This document shows positions 53,827 to 64,000 of a stretch of DNA of 64,000 bases, one piece after another (position 1 is the stretch's first letter; each line of letters opens with the position of its first letter). A program made the position numbers and the translations under genes. Below the pieces are notes generated by a model. It had not been told where the DNA came from. It did no database searches and saw only the letters and a list, made by a program, of their open reading frames with translations. Source of the stretch: Nostoc sp. (GTDB lineage: Bacteria; Cyanobacteriota; Cyanobacteriia; Cyanobacteriales; Nostocaceae); contig JBALDB010000005.1 of assembly GCA_036918135.1 (NCBI GenBank), positions 64,001-128,000 on the forward strand. The letters are read 5' to 3'.

Positions 53827-54642
53827 TCAAAACTCTTGTGGTTGGGGAAGCGGGAAGATTTCACCAGCTAAGTAAGCCTGAAAGTGTTTTTGGAAGTACA
53901 ACCAAGAAGTCATGTCTTCCCCATCGATAAAGGCTTTTGGCGCTTGTTTATATAAAGGAATACGGTTATTAATTTCATCTTGCAGGAATGAGGGCAGTTG
54001 TGTTAAATCATTGACTTTGCTGCCAAAAGCACTATAGATAAGTTGACCGGGGCGATCGCCCATTTTCATCCAGGGAAGCCATTGACCAATTCTATCCCAA
54101 CTCAGTTTCAGTTCAGAAACCGAGGAGAGCGCTGGATTGAATAAATCTGCGGTTGGCACAGTTAATTTAAACAATTCCGCTGCCTGATAAATTGGATGTG
54201 GGCTGTATTCGGCAAATTGGCGATCGTCTGCTAGAGGATTGGGGTAATAGGGAAATATATCAAAAATGAACGTTGTGCTATCACCATCTACTTGTGCGGG
54301 AAAATTTCCTTTAAAAGTGCCCTGCACCGGATTATTTGCAACGTGGATGACTGGAACCGTCTCACCTGTCCAAGGATTCTCCCATTTCGCCAAAACTTCC
54401 TCTGTTTGTGGATTCAGGTAGTAAGTCAGTTCCCTAGAAGTAAAATCCCAGCTACCTTCTTCTGTAGGAATACACCTGCTAACACTCAATCCGAATATTT
54501 TAAACAAAAGTTGTCTTTTCTCGCCGGGGATGAAAGCGTAAATTTTACCTTTCCAGATCAGGAAAGTGGATTCGCTGGGGTCGAGAGAAGAACGAGTTTT
54601 GACCCAGTGCTGGGCTTCAAGTTCTTGGATTTGGGCAACCAT
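53827..54642 (-). CDS. DUF1838-like protein
   Basis: WKGKIYAFIPGE, WENPWTGETVPVIHVANNPV, WLPWMKMGDRPG. Confidence 0.8.
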   Translation of the reverse strand: MVAQIQELEAQHWVKTRSSLDPSESTFLIWKGKIYAFIPGEKRQLLFKIFGLSVSRCIPTEEGSWDFTSRELTYYLNPQTEEVLAKWENPWTGETVPVIHVANNPVQGTFKGNFPAQVDGDSTTFIFDIFPYYPNPLADDRQFAEYSPHPIYQAAELFKLTVPTADLFNPALSSVSELKLSWDRIGQWLPWMKMGDRPGQLIYSAFGSKVNDLTQLPSFLQDEINNRIPLYKQAPKAFIDGEDMTSWLYFQKHFQAYLAGEIFPLPQPQEF

Positions 54643-54933
54643 CTAAAACATCCTTTGTATCTGGATAACAAAAGAATAAGCTAATTTGTCATTAGTCATT
54701 AGTCATTTGTCACTTGTACTGAGCGACTTGCCCTGATTTGTGCCGAGCAAAGCCAATGTAGCGTAGTCGTACCCCTGCTCTTAAGCAAGCTAGCAAGAGC
54801 GTCCCGTAGGGAAGGGAGCCGAAGTATTGGTTATTAGTCCTTGCGTCTTTCCATCTACCCGACTCTTTATTTCAAATGTTAGTGACTACCAAAGAATAAA
54901 TTACTCACAAAAATCAACAGTCCAAATTTTATT

Positions 54934-54953
54934 CGTAATGATAATCATTATAA
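54934..54953. promoter_or_regulatory. Fur/Zur-like operator
   Basis: CGTAATGATAATCATTATA matches the Fur consensus GATAATGATAATCATTATC at 16/19; TGATAATCATTATAA has one mismatch to TGATAATnATTATCA. Confidence 0.55.
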
Positions 54954-55281
54954 GAAATTAAGGGGTGCTTATCCCCTCAGTTATCCATAAAAAACCATGC
55001 ACTCTATAAGAAATTTCAGATGTATGATAATAATTAATAATAACTATTTATGCAGTTTCAACCTTTGATAATCTGTTTTTTGATGAAGTAATTCTTTTAA
55101 TGTCTTACAACAGACTTGGTAAATTGTCCATCTACACCCACAGTTAAATTTGTGGACGAATTTTGCTAGTAATATCAAAACTTATTTCCAGATGTTAGCA
55201 ACTTTCAGGTCTTTAAGGAACTACACGTGTGGATGTATGCCTAATATAAATATGTCAGGCTACGAGAATCATTGAATGCTG

Positions 55282-55911
55282 TTAGGCGAAGTCGTATTTA
55301 CCTCCACGTTCCAGGGCACGTTCGTAAGCAGGTCGTGCATGAATGCGCTCAACAAATTCCTTAATCTTTGGTCGGTTTGAGATGAGTTCAGCTTCCATAG
55401 CGACTATTTCCAAAGGAAAGCTCATTTGAATATCAGCGGCAGTGAATTCTTCGCCTACAAACCACGTACTTTTACTAAGTTCACTTTCTACATAATCAAA
55501 GTGAAGCTTGATTTGAGGCGCGATAAATGCATCGTTTGCACTGCTGTCACCTGCCCCAAAACGATTGAAGATCAGATTCATTACCAGAGGTGGCATTGCC
55601 GAGCCTTCGGCATAATGCAGCCAATAAGTGTAGCAGAGACGCTCTGGCGTACCAGATGGCGGGATTAACCGACCATTACCGTAGCGATCTATTATGTATT
55701 CGATGATAGCCCCCGACTCAGCAACCGTCTGTTGTCCATCTGTGATTATTGGTGACTTGCCGAGCGGATGGACTTCACGCAGGGATGGGGGTGCGAGCAT
55801 CGTCTTTTGGTCGCGTTCGTAAAACTTGATTTCGTATTCGATACCTAATTCTTCGAGCAGCCATAGCACACGCTGCGAACGCGAGTTGTTGAGATGATGG
55901 ACAACAATCAT
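55282..55911 (-). CDS. Glutathione S-transferase
   Basis: HHLNNSRSQRVLWLLEEL, HPLGKSP, AESGAIIEY, FTAADIQMSF. Confidence 0.96.
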   Translation of the reverse strand: MIVVHHLNNSRSQRVLWLLEELGIEYEIKFYERDQKTMLAPPSLREVHPLGKSPIITDGQQTVAESGAIIEYIIDRYGNGRLIPPSGTPERLCYTYWLHYAEGSAMPPLVMNLIFNRFGAGDSSANDAFIAPQIKLHFDYVESELSKSTWFVGEEFTAADIQMSFPLEIVAMEAELISNRPKIKEFVERIHARPAYERALERGGKYDFA

Positions 55912-56327
55912 AATAGTTACTTTTTCACAATAGGGTTACTAGTACCGCTGCCGAGTAAGTCAAAACTTGACCCTAAGCGACCTGTGCCGAGCAAAGCCGA
56001 GGTAAGTCGAAGTGTCAAAACAATAGTATTTTCGGCTTTTGCACTATTTTGTAGACACAAGTAGCTACTCTTGCGAGAACACCTAAAGGCGAACCCGCAG
56101 GGTATGGTCTGTTTATTTCCACGCCTACTGTACTAGGAGGTTTTCATCATCTCAACCTATCATCAGTTCCCCTACTCTTCATCTATCTGGTGGTTTGTCT
56201 TAGGTATGTAGGTAGAGGTAGCTCAAAAGATTAGCAATTGCTCATAATATGGACTATGACACGAACGAGGTTTAATGAAATGTCATAAACTTATTGTCAG
56301 CTGGCGTTCTCAGAAAATCGATTTATC

Positions 56328-56371
56328 AAAATAATAGCGCTCACCTCAATGCAGGCAAGCGCTATTATTTT
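56328..56371. terminator. Strong hairpin with A/T tails in a divergent intergenic region
   Basis: AAAATAATAGCGCT-N16-AGCGCTATTATTTT. Confidence 0.65.
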
Positions 56372-56547
56372 ATTTCAATTCTGAAATAAAATATAGTTAA
56401 ATTAGAGGCCGATCAATTTCTTGCTTTTAATTGCAGTATATTCATTTCTAATTCCTTTTTTCATCCACTTGAACAATTAAACTAAAGTTTGAAAGTAGAA
56501 TATTAATTTGATAAGGTAAAGGAGTAAATGGCTTGTAGCTGCGACCA

Positions 56548-56922
56548 ATGTTTAAGATATCATCAATTGCTGGCTTACTCCCATTCGCCACCCTTACAAC
56601 TACCTTGGCACTAACAACAATTATTTCCTATCCATCAAAAACTCTGTCACAAACACCAAGCAACGAACGCAACACACTTCCTCAGGCAGGTTGCTTATCT
56701 GGGTATCCTGATGACACATATCGAGGTTCGCGCCCAGTTACGCGCTATGAATTTGCTGCTGGTTTAAATACGTGCCTAAATCAGCTAAATCAACTTATTC
56801 CCGCTAACAGAGCGGATTTAGCAACCAAGGAAGATTTAGAAATTTTGCTCAAACGACAGAGGCAATTAAACCAACAACTTCGAGAACTCAACGAGCGAGT
56901 TGACACCTCACCTGCTACATAA
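56548..56922 (+). CDS. Small exported SLH-domain/coiled-coil protein
   Basis: Signal peptide, GCLSGYPDDTYRGSRPVTRYEFAAGLNTCL, ATKEDLEIL. Confidence 0.85.
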   Translation: MFKISSIAGLLPFATLTTTLALTTIISYPSKTLSQTPSNERNTLPQAGCLSGYPDDTYRGSRPVTRYEFAAGLNTCLNQLNQLIPANRADLATKEDLEILLKRQRQLNQQLRELNERVDTSPAT

Positions 56923-56936
56923 TAAGCAATGGGGCA

Positions 56937-57365
56937 TCATTTTTTTTCGGCGCAACCTTCTAAAACTTTATTCCCCAAAATAAAAATTGCCAAGTAGGGA
57001 TACTTTCGATCTGACATACCATCGCTACAGGCATCTACTTTTTTAATAATTAAGATATTGTTGTCTTTGCCCTTAAGTCGGTAAACTCGCACCAAGTCTG
57101 CGGGACGCGCCTGTGCTTTTAGCGGTGCAACATAGGGAAAAGTTTGCTTTTGCACATCTGGTGAAGTGTAGACAATTCCTTTGTTGGTTACAGTAACACT
57201 CCAAAAGGGTTCTGTACCGCTAGCGATGAATTCTTCACTACTGGCAGTTTCTGCAACATTGAGACTATTCCTAATAATAGATAATTCATTGGCACTACTG
57301 GCACTGTTAGCTAGTAAGCTAGCGTTAAATAACAGCAGAGTAACACAACAGATGAAAGCTTTCAT
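56937..57365 (-). CDS. Exported hypothetical protein (COG3650-like)
   Basis: Signal peptide, ASGTEPFWSV, CSDGMSDRKYP, terminal GCA. Confidence 0.8.
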   Translation of the reverse strand: MKAFICCVTLLLFNASLLANSASSANELSIIRNSLNVAETASSEEFIASGTEPFWSVTVTNKGIVYTSPDVQKQTFPYVAPLKAQARPADLVRVYRLKGKDNNILIIKKVDACSDGMSDRKYPYLAIFILGNKVLEGCAEKK

Positions 57366-57502
57366 GTATGGAGAATCTATAGTAATTTACCGCAGAAGAT
57401 ATCATATCTATTTCTTTGGCTGCGGTGGTGGCTTAAGGATATCACCCAAGACTAGTAGCAAGTTATCGCTGATTTTTGGTTATTTTATCCCCAATACCTG
57501 AA

Positions 57503-58690
57503 TTAAGCTGCTTTTGAAAGTTGCTTATCTAAACGACGAAACAAAAACAGCCAAAGAGGTAGGGAACTGTTAATTGCAATTAGTCGCACTAAATGACCAG
57601 TTGTAACGATTTCAACATTATGATTTAATGCCAGAGAAACTAGAATCATTTCTGCTGAGCCTCCTGGTGCTGTGACTAAAAGACAAGTTAACCAGTCCCA
57701 AGAGGTTAATTTCATGGCAAGTATAGCAGCGATCGCTCCGGTTGCGAGGGTCATGAGTACAGACATCAAAGCATAGCCGACAGTCCGCTTGGTAAAGTTG
57801 GGTTTGTCTCCCCAATATTCACCAATAGTAATTCCCAGCAGCATTTGACCAAATAAGTTAATTAAAGGTGGCGGACTAAAGCTAATATCACTGACAAAAG
57901 GTAGTGAATTTAGCAAAGGATTAAACCCCATACCAATCAACAATGCACCAAAAAAATCGCCAGCCGGAATTTTGAATAATATAGCCGGGTAAACTACTAA
58001 CGCAGTAATTAAAAGTACTAATAAGAGTAGTCCTAGTTGAGATGGCTCGAAATTGAGCAAAGCACTTTTGACGGGTGATATTTGCACATTCCAGTAATTA
58101 CCAACTAAGGTTCTAGCGATGAAGGGAAATAGTAAAACTACTGAGGTAACGCGAACCGCTTGAACTAAAGCAACCAAGGTAACATCTTTATTGTAATCAG
58201 CTGCGATCGCTGCCATAATTCCTACACCACCTGGAACTGTGGCTAGCATTGCTGTCAATAAGTTAGTTTTGCTGAGGCGCGAGTAAATGTAACCAATACA
58301 ACTGCCGCACAAGAGCAGAAATAAGGTGAGAAAAGTAAAGATGGGAATATTAGAAGCAACATTAGCTAGATTAACGTGAGCATTAGAAGCGCCGACAGTT
58401 AAGCCGACAAGTGCCATTCCAACTTTTCTGGCAGTGCGATTAGGTTTAGGAGAATATTCATAGAAAACTCGATATCCTTGGAGAACCACTGTACCAGCTG
58501 CAATCCCAGCAAATATCCAAGCAATTCCACCAATTTGAAAGTTTGCTAGTAGTATGCCCACAGGCAATGCTAGAAGTATTTCCAAGGCAAGGACAATTGG
58601 TTGTTTTACAAATAACTGTTGTTTGGTAGCAGTAAGATTTTTATGAGTGTGTTCTTCTAGCTTGGGAGCAACACTGACACTTTGATTCAT
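57503..58690 (-). CDS. AbrB-family (AmoA-like) duplicated membrane protein
   Basis: Many TM helices, ATVPGG...QAVRV and TAPGGSAEM...HLVRL repeats. Confidence 0.88.
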   Translation of the reverse strand: MNQSVSVAPKLEEHTHKNLTATKQQLFVKQPIVLALEILLALPVGILLANFQIGGIAWIFAGIAAGTVVLQGYRVFYEYSPKPNRTARKVGMALVGLTVGASNAHVNLANVASNIPIFTFLTLFLLLCGSCIGYIYSRLSKTNLLTAMLATVPGGVGIMAAIAADYNKDVTLVALVQAVRVTSVVLLFPFIARTLVGNYWNVQISPVKSALLNFEPSQLGLLLLVLLITALVVYPAILFKIPAGDFFGALLIGMGFNPLLNSLPFVSDISFSPPPLINLFGQMLLGITIGEYWGDKPNFTKRTVGYALMSVLMTLATGAIAAILAMKLTSWDWLTCLLVTAPGGSAEMILVSLALNHNVEIVTTGHLVRLIAINSSLPLWLFLFRRLDKQLSKAA

Positions 58691-59208
58691 TGATAATAAG
58701 CTTTTTTATTAATTTAATACTAATATTAATTTTAACTCATAACTTATTTTGGTTCTGACAAGGAATTGCAGCGAAAGTGATGTAGATGCCCTAACTCTCA
58801 AAAACAAGCGTAAAGATTATTTTACTTCTAAATTCACCAATGATGACGCCCCAGCGGAATATCTTTGGTCAGAATTGTTAATAATCACTCCTTGATTATT
58901 AAGTGCTATTTTAACTTGGTGTTAACCAGTCATCACGTGAATAGTAGCAGAAGTTATAGTGTTGGTTAAGAAATAGTCATCAATTAGACAAGTTTTAGTT
59001 TTTATCAGTTTAGTTCAGGATGATTGTAATTTATAAAGTCTAAAACGTTATCGCTAAATAATAATACTATTTAACTAGTATCAAAGTTTGATATGATCTC
59101 AGTAGTTTCTCTATGAAAAATGATGTTACGGGGGATGTTGGGTTTTGCTATTGCTCAACCCAACCTACTTTTCTTGTTAACTAAATTGGTGAATTCACCA
59201 ATTCTTAT

Positions 59209-59544
59209 TTAATCTTCATCAAGCGCCGGGAAAGCTTCCTCAAATTGCCACAATCTATCTTTATTTTCAACGAACCAAATACGAGTTTCGGGAGTTAATT
59301 GACTCCAAACGTCGTCAGCAGGAACATGAGGAGATGCATATTGGTACTGCTTACCAAGTAATTTGAGATTGTCTGCTACATCACTGGGAATTCCGAACTG
59401 TTCCCAGTCAATTTTTACATTTCTTCCCGAAACTCCCGCTGTGGGATCGAAAATTATTTGTGCAGATCTGACTAAATCAGCAAAGTGTTTCGGTTGAAGT
59501 TTAGTGATTTCCTGAAGAAGTGATTCGTTATGCTCTTGAGACAT
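59209..59544 (-). CDS. Conserved hypothetical protein
   Basis: 111-aa ORF with ATG start and normal composition. Confidence 0.7.
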   Translation of the reverse strand: MSQEHNESLLQEITKLQPKHFADLVRSAQIIFDPTAGVSGRNVKIDWEQFGIPSDVADNLKLLGKQYQYASPHVPADDVWSQLTPETRIWFVENKDRLWQFEEAFPALDED

Positions 59545-59870
59545 TGTACTAGCAGTGGTGAAGATGAGTGATGTATTAAATCAGCCAACAATTAACAGTT
59601 AACAGGAAATAGTTTTCAGTTGTGAGTTATAAATCACTTATCAGTGAATACTATTAACCGTTCACTGATAATATTTTTCAACTCTCAACTCCAACTTTGA
59701 TAATTAATAACTGATAACTGATTTTTGGACTTACTGCCAGAGATTTTTATCCCAATATGTTTTAGTTTAGCGCAAGGCTGCTAAGTTAATTATGACTAAA
59801 ATTATAGATTAGGGATTAAGTGTTGGGCAGAATTCCGATTCTAATCCTCATGCCCCTAATCTACACTAGG

Positions 59871-59931
59871 CTTCTCTATGAGACGCTACGCGGAGCTTGC
59901 TTCTTTGTTCGCGTAGCATCTCGTAGAGAAG
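59871..59931. repeat. Inverted pair of small dispersed repeats
   Basis: CTTCTCTATGAGACGCTACGCG...CGCGTAGCATCTCGTAGAGAAG. Confidence 0.65.
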
Positions 59932-60006
59932 GAGTACGCCCCGCTTCTCTAAGAGGCTTTGCCAACCAATGCTAACGTAAGGGTTCTGAGTTCCCCAGTT
60001 CCTATT

Positions 60007-61362
60007 TTAGTGACGAGTGTAGGAACGCTCAAAGAAAGTTTTGAATCTCTGAGCCATAGTGGATATTGCAACTGCCGCTACAGAAACCGATATTGCTGCT
60101 ATTTTGATTCTATAATCATCTGCAAGTATTGCTACAGCTGCGAAAGCGATCGCCACACCTATGCAACTTTGTTTTAACCTATTTGTGAACTGATAAGTTT
60201 GATTGCAGGAATGACAAATAAGTGTATGTTGCGAGAATCGGTCTAACGTAATCAACTTTCGATCGCACTCGCTACTACCGATATTTTTGGAGGAGGCATA
60301 ACCTTGATAAAACGGCAAAGATGACCCGAATTTATCTAGCCACTTACGATACTCAACCACAAGAGTATCAGATGTTTTGAGTGGTAAATATACATCTTTG
60401 AGATTTTGTCCCAAACGCTCAATTTGTGCCTTTTGTTCAACAACTAATTGCAAATCACCTTCCAAGACTTTGTTTCGTATCAAGATGTGCTCTAACCAGG
60501 GAGGCATCAGCTTGATTTTTTGGCTATAAGAGTTACTATAATTTCTGATCAGAATCCGACATCTATTCTTACTTAGTGGAATTGAATATAAGGCTGTGCC
60601 TCCAAACCTACCTTGCTGCTCATCAACAAATCTGTAAATAATCGAATTAGGAGCAATGAAATCTAATGTAATCCAAGGCTGATTGGGTGGATTTTTTCGT
60701 CGCCATCTTCCCTTAATTCCCTGAATATTGCTGTCAATGGCTTCTATTTCCAACGGTTGAGCATCTTTTCTAACTCCGATGACGCCATCATGGCTGATTG
60801 GAACGTGAGCCGGGTCAATAATGTTTTCAATAAAATAGCTTTGGTCGTAAGGTAGGTCGCGTACATAATCTAAGTTGAAGCAATCTGGCTTTTCCCAATC
60901 TGATAAAGATGGAATTAGCTCATCAATAGCCGTTTGGGCTTCTCCTGCCCACATCCAAATGATACCTTGACGTTCCAAGACTTTAAAGGATGACACGCAA
61001 GCATTTACTGGAATTTTTGCATCGGTTGGTAACTGAGGAATGTGCAGACATTGACCATCACTGCCAAACTGCCAACCGTGGTATAAGCACTCTATTTTGC
61101 CGTCAATTATTTGTCCATCAGAAAGTCTAGCTGCACGGTGCGGACAACGATCGGTTAAACAGATAAGCTGTCCATTTTGGTCTTTGAATAAAACGAAAGG
61201 TTCATCATACAAGGAAAAGCTATAAGGGCGGTTGGCAGGTAAGTCTTGCACGAAGATAACGGCATACCAGCATTGCCTCCAGTTTAATTCTTGCTTATCC
61301 TCAAGTTTCTTAATGGTAGAAGTTGGTGGTGTGGCCTGTAGTGTCTCTGTTTTTGATGACAT
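60007..61362 (-). CDS. Rieske non-heme iron oxygenase (PaO/Tic55-like)
   Basis: CPHR...CLYHGW Rieske motif, ENIIDPAHVPISH iron site, C-terminal HTLICHSC. Confidence 0.93.
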   Translation of the reverse strand: MSSKTETLQATPPTSTIKKLEDKQELNWRQCWYAVIFVQDLPANRPYSFSLYDEPFVLFKDQNGQLICLTDRCPHRAARLSDGQIIDGKIECLYHGWQFGSDGQCLHIPQLPTDAKIPVNACVSSFKVLERQGIIWMWAGEAQTAIDELIPSLSDWEKPDCFNLDYVRDLPYDQSYFIENIIDPAHVPISHDGVIGVRKDAQPLEIEAIDSNIQGIKGRWRRKNPPNQPWITLDFIAPNSIIYRFVDEQQGRFGGTALYSIPLSKNRCRILIRNYSNSYSQKIKLMPPWLEHILIRNKVLEGDLQLVVEQKAQIERLGQNLKDVYLPLKTSDTLVVEYRKWLDKFGSSLPFYQGYASSKNIGSSECDRKLITLDRFSQHTLICHSCNQTYQFTNRLKQSCIGVAIAFAAVAILADDYRIKIAAISVSVAAVAISTMAQRFKTFFERSYTRH

Positions 61363-61532
61363 AGTTTTCTCCAGGTTTTTATAATTTTATACTTCAAAAT
61401 CAGCAAATTATTAGTCCCTGAGATAGAATTTTTATCAGATTAAACCTCAAAAATTAATAATGTAAATGCCCGGAAATCTTTCTATTTATTTACGAACATT
61501 TGATTAACTAAATATTGCAGCTTTCACCTCAG

Positions 61533-61898
61533 CTACTCTTTTTCAATCAGAACTGTAACAGCAGCGATCGCAATCAACATTTCGTCATTTCGATCGTTGA
61601 GTTCCGGAATCGCTCGCCCTTGAACTACCATTCCCCCAGATTCTAAAGTCAGAGTTTTTTGACCAAATGGTAGTACAGCTAGTACTTCCTCTTGCCTAAC
61701 TTTTTCTGGGTATGGTACTGCTACTTGAACTTCGACAATCATTTGATTGGGATTACTCAAACCAGCCACTTCCCAAACGCCAGGTAAAGCATTATGAGCG
61801 ATCGCATTGCGTACTGCCCTAGATGCTGCTACTGTTGGTTCTTGTCCATGCTGATCTACTCCCATTCCCATTTCAATTATCAAACGTTTACGCGCCAT
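61533..61898 (-). CDS. Lin0512-family protein
   Basis: IIEMGMGVDQHGQEPTVAASRAVRNAI, VLPFG, GGM. Confidence 0.88.
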   Translation of the reverse strand: MARKRLIIEMGMGVDQHGQEPTVAASRAVRNAIAHNALPGVWEVAGLSNPNQMIVEVQVAVPYPEKVRQEEVLAVLPFGQKTLTLESGGMVVQGRAIPELNDRNDEMLIAIAAVTVLIEKE

Positions 61899-62115
61899 TG
61901 CAACCTCCGGCAAATTTTGCACCTTGCTTCAAATACAAGCAATTTTAAGGGTACAGCATTGTTCAGATGTATCAACTAAATATTAAAAGGACACTGTAAA
62001 TTTTTGATGACAAACACGATTTCAGCCTGCATTTTCCACACTAGCTCGGATGGTGCGTTAGGCTGAAGCCATAACACACCTATTTAAGATTTACTTGATA
62101 AATAGTCTTTTAACT

Positions 62116-63429
62116 ATGGAAAAACAACCGATACAAGTAATTGGAGGTGGACTAGCTGGGACAGAAGCAGCTTGGCAAATAGCCCAAGCTGGAGTACCAG
62201 TGATTTTATATGAAATGCGTCCAAAGCGCTTTAGTCCTGCTCATCATACAGAACATCTGGCAGAATTAGTATGTAGTAATTCCTTTGGGGCAATGGCAAG
62301 CGATCGCGCCGCTGGCTTGTTGCACGAAGAATTACGCCAACTTGGTTCGATTGTAATTTCTAAAGCTGATGAACACGCTGTTCCTGCCGGTGGGGCGCTA
62401 GCGGTAGATCGGGGACAATTTGGCCAAGACTTGACTCAAACTTTATCCAGTCATCCTTTAATTGAATTCCGCCGGGGTGAAGTGCAAGCTATTGGTGAGG
62501 GAATTGTCGTTTTAGCAACCGGGCCTTTAACCAGTCCTGATTTAGCAGAAGATTTGCGCCGCTTTACGGGGATGGAATACCTCAGCTTTTTTGATGCAGC
62601 TAGCCCGATTATCGTCGGAGAATCGATTAACCGCGACATTGCTTTTATGGCATCACGTTATGACAAAGGTGAAGCTGCTTATCTCAACTGCCCAATGAAT
62701 AAACAGCAGTATTTACAGTTTCGAGAAGAACTGTGCAAAGCTGAACAAACAGAACTCAAAGATTTTGAACGGGAAACGGCAAAATTTTTTGAAGCCTGTC
62801 TACCCATTGAAGAACTAGCACAACGGGGAGAAGACACCATGCGCTATGGGCCCCTGAAGCCAGTGGGTTTATCAGATAGTCGCACAGACGAACGTCCTTA
62901 TGCTGTAGTACAGTTGCGCCAAGAAGATAAAGCTGGTCAACTTTGGAACATGGTAGGATTCCAAACTAATTTACGCTGGGGCGAACAAAAGCGCATATTT
63001 CAGCTAATTCCCGGTTTGGAAAAAGCTGAATTTGTGCGGCTGGGAGTAATGCATCGCAACACTTTCATTAATGCTCCTCAGTTGATGTATCCTACTTTGC
63101 AATTTAAAGGACGTCCAACCTTATTCGCTGCTGGACAGCTAATTGGTACTGAAGGCTACACCGCAGCCGCAGCTGGTGGTTGCTTAGCAGGAATTAACGC
63201 AGCGCGGCTAGCTTTGGGTAAACAACCGTTGACTTTACCACCAACAACAATGATGGGGGCGCTATTTGAATTTATTAGTTCCGCTGCGCCCAAACACTTC
63301 CAACCAATGCCCCCCAACTTTGGAATTTTTCCGGAATTAGGAGTGAAAATCAAAAATAAACAAGAGCGTTATGGACGTTATCGCGATCGCTCTTTGGCTG
63401 ACTTGGCAAACTGGAAAGCTAATAATTAA
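62116..63429 (+). CDS. trmFO: tRNA (uracil-5-)-methyltransferase TrmFO
   Basis: [57 protein letters not shown]. Confidence 0.97.
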   Translation: MEKQPIQVIGGGLAGTEAAWQIAQAGVPVILYEMRPKRFSPAHHTEHLAELVCSNSFGAMASDRAAGLLHEELRQLGSIVISKADEHAVPAGGALAVDRGQFGQDLTQTLSSHPLIEFRRGEVQAIGEGIVVLATGPLTSPDLAEDLRRFTGMEYLSFFDAASPIIVGESINRDIAFMASRYDKGEAAYLNCPMNKQQYLQFREELCKAEQTELKDFERETAKFFEACLPIEELAQRGEDTMRYGPLKPVGLSDSRTDERPYAVVQLRQEDKAGQLWNMVGFQTNLRWGEQKRIFQLIPGLEKAEFVRLGVMHRNTFINAPQLMYPTLQFKGRPTLFAAGQLIGTEGYTAAAAGGCLAGINAARLALGKQPLTLPPTTMMGALFEFISSAAPKHFQPMPPNFGIFPELGVKIKNKQERYGRYRDRSLADLANWKANN

Positions 63430-63467
63430 TGTATATAGGGCTGGGAATGCCCAGTTAAGAATGCCTA

Positions 63468-63586
63468 GTCATATCATGTCCCGTTAAACACTTATCATTA
63501 AGACCACAGGGAGCAGGGGGAAAGAAGGTTTCCTAGTTTTTGCACAGATGCAGTAATCATAAGTAATTAGCCCGACATGATATGAC
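63468..63586. mobile_element. MITE-like element
   Basis: GTCATATCATGTC / GACATGATATGAC inverted ends with further subterminal CTTATCATTA / TAATCATAAG complementarity. Confidence 0.7.
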
Positions 63587-63650
63587 AAATAAAAAATATT
63601 CGACTGTTTACAGTCAACAGTCATCACTTATCAACTTCAAACAGTATAAT

Positions 63651-63998
63651 TTATTTCTTAGAGTTCCCTAAAGGGTATAAATTAAATTCATCACAAATTT
63701 CTTCTGTAAGTTTCTGTTTATCCAAGAGAGCGAGCAAAAGTTTTTTAACACCTCGAAAAGCTTCTTTATAATTACGTTTTAATTTAGCATATAGTGGTTC
63801 TTGCAAACAAGTACTTTCTCCGATTTTATCTCTAACATAAATAGCACCTGGGAAAGGTAATGGCTCAATAGGTGTTCCTCGTTCTGCTAAATTCTTCTTA
63901 GCAAGTGGATGTCCTGATAAAAAGTTATCATGCCCAGTTAAAGGTTCGTCAGACAGTACTTTTTCAGGCAAACTAAACAAGCGGTAATTGATCAGGTT
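63651..63998 (-). CDS. 3' end of a gene beginning outside the window, product unknown
   Basis: Frame is open to the window edge (NLINYRLFSLPE...). Confidence 0.65.
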   Translation of the reverse strand, partial: NLINYRLFSLPEKVLSDEPLTGHDNFLSGHPLAKKNLAERGTPIEPLPFPGAIYVRDKIGESTCLQEPLYAKLKRNYKEAFRGVKKLLLALLDKQKLTEEICDEFNLYPLGNSKK

Positions 63999-64000
63999 GC

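Noticed and set aside
53667..53864. N-terminal extension of the XRE regulator
   Set aside because: Overlaps the upstream gene and STRR sequence; ATG 53666 fits better.

Overview
Chromosomal window from a heterocystous, Nostoc-like cyanobacterium, inferred from dense HIP1 octamers (GCGATCGC), heptamer STRR tracts and many intergenic MITEs. Most genes are housekeeping or stress related: pgk, USP, Nudix, TauD-type dioxygenase, two tandem Ser/Thr kinases, PaaK-like ligase, frmA and fghA, avtA, rimM, phosphoketolase, glgP, fosX, a K+ channel, a NarL two-component pair with divergent Spy/CpxP, the treZ-treY-treH trehalose cluster, a hybrid PAS kinase, GST, AbrB, a Rieske/PaO oxygenase and trmFO. 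Two accessory segments look conflict related. The first (1-4951) is a tightly coupled TPR-CHAT caspase-like protease, a 119-aa small protein, a coiled-coil two-TM protein and a secreted orphan; it is the best candidate for a protease-gated membrane-effector system and resembles CATRA. The second (15.8-21 kb) holds a doubly inactivated RelE toxin, an NLR-like NACHT-HEAT protein with an unrecognised N-terminal domain, and a 21-nt tandem array beside a small coiled-coil gene. Manual reading also found features absent from the ORF track: 21-28-nt insertions splitting HIP1 sites (three inside genes), a HIP1-anchored 33-nt repeat array, a frameshifted antitoxin before an intact MazF, a deaminase pseudogene, a Fur/Zur-like box and a candidate micro-ORF/sRNA with its own terminator. 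No rRNA, tRNA or CRISPR array was recognised. All family calls come from motif recognition, not database searches.
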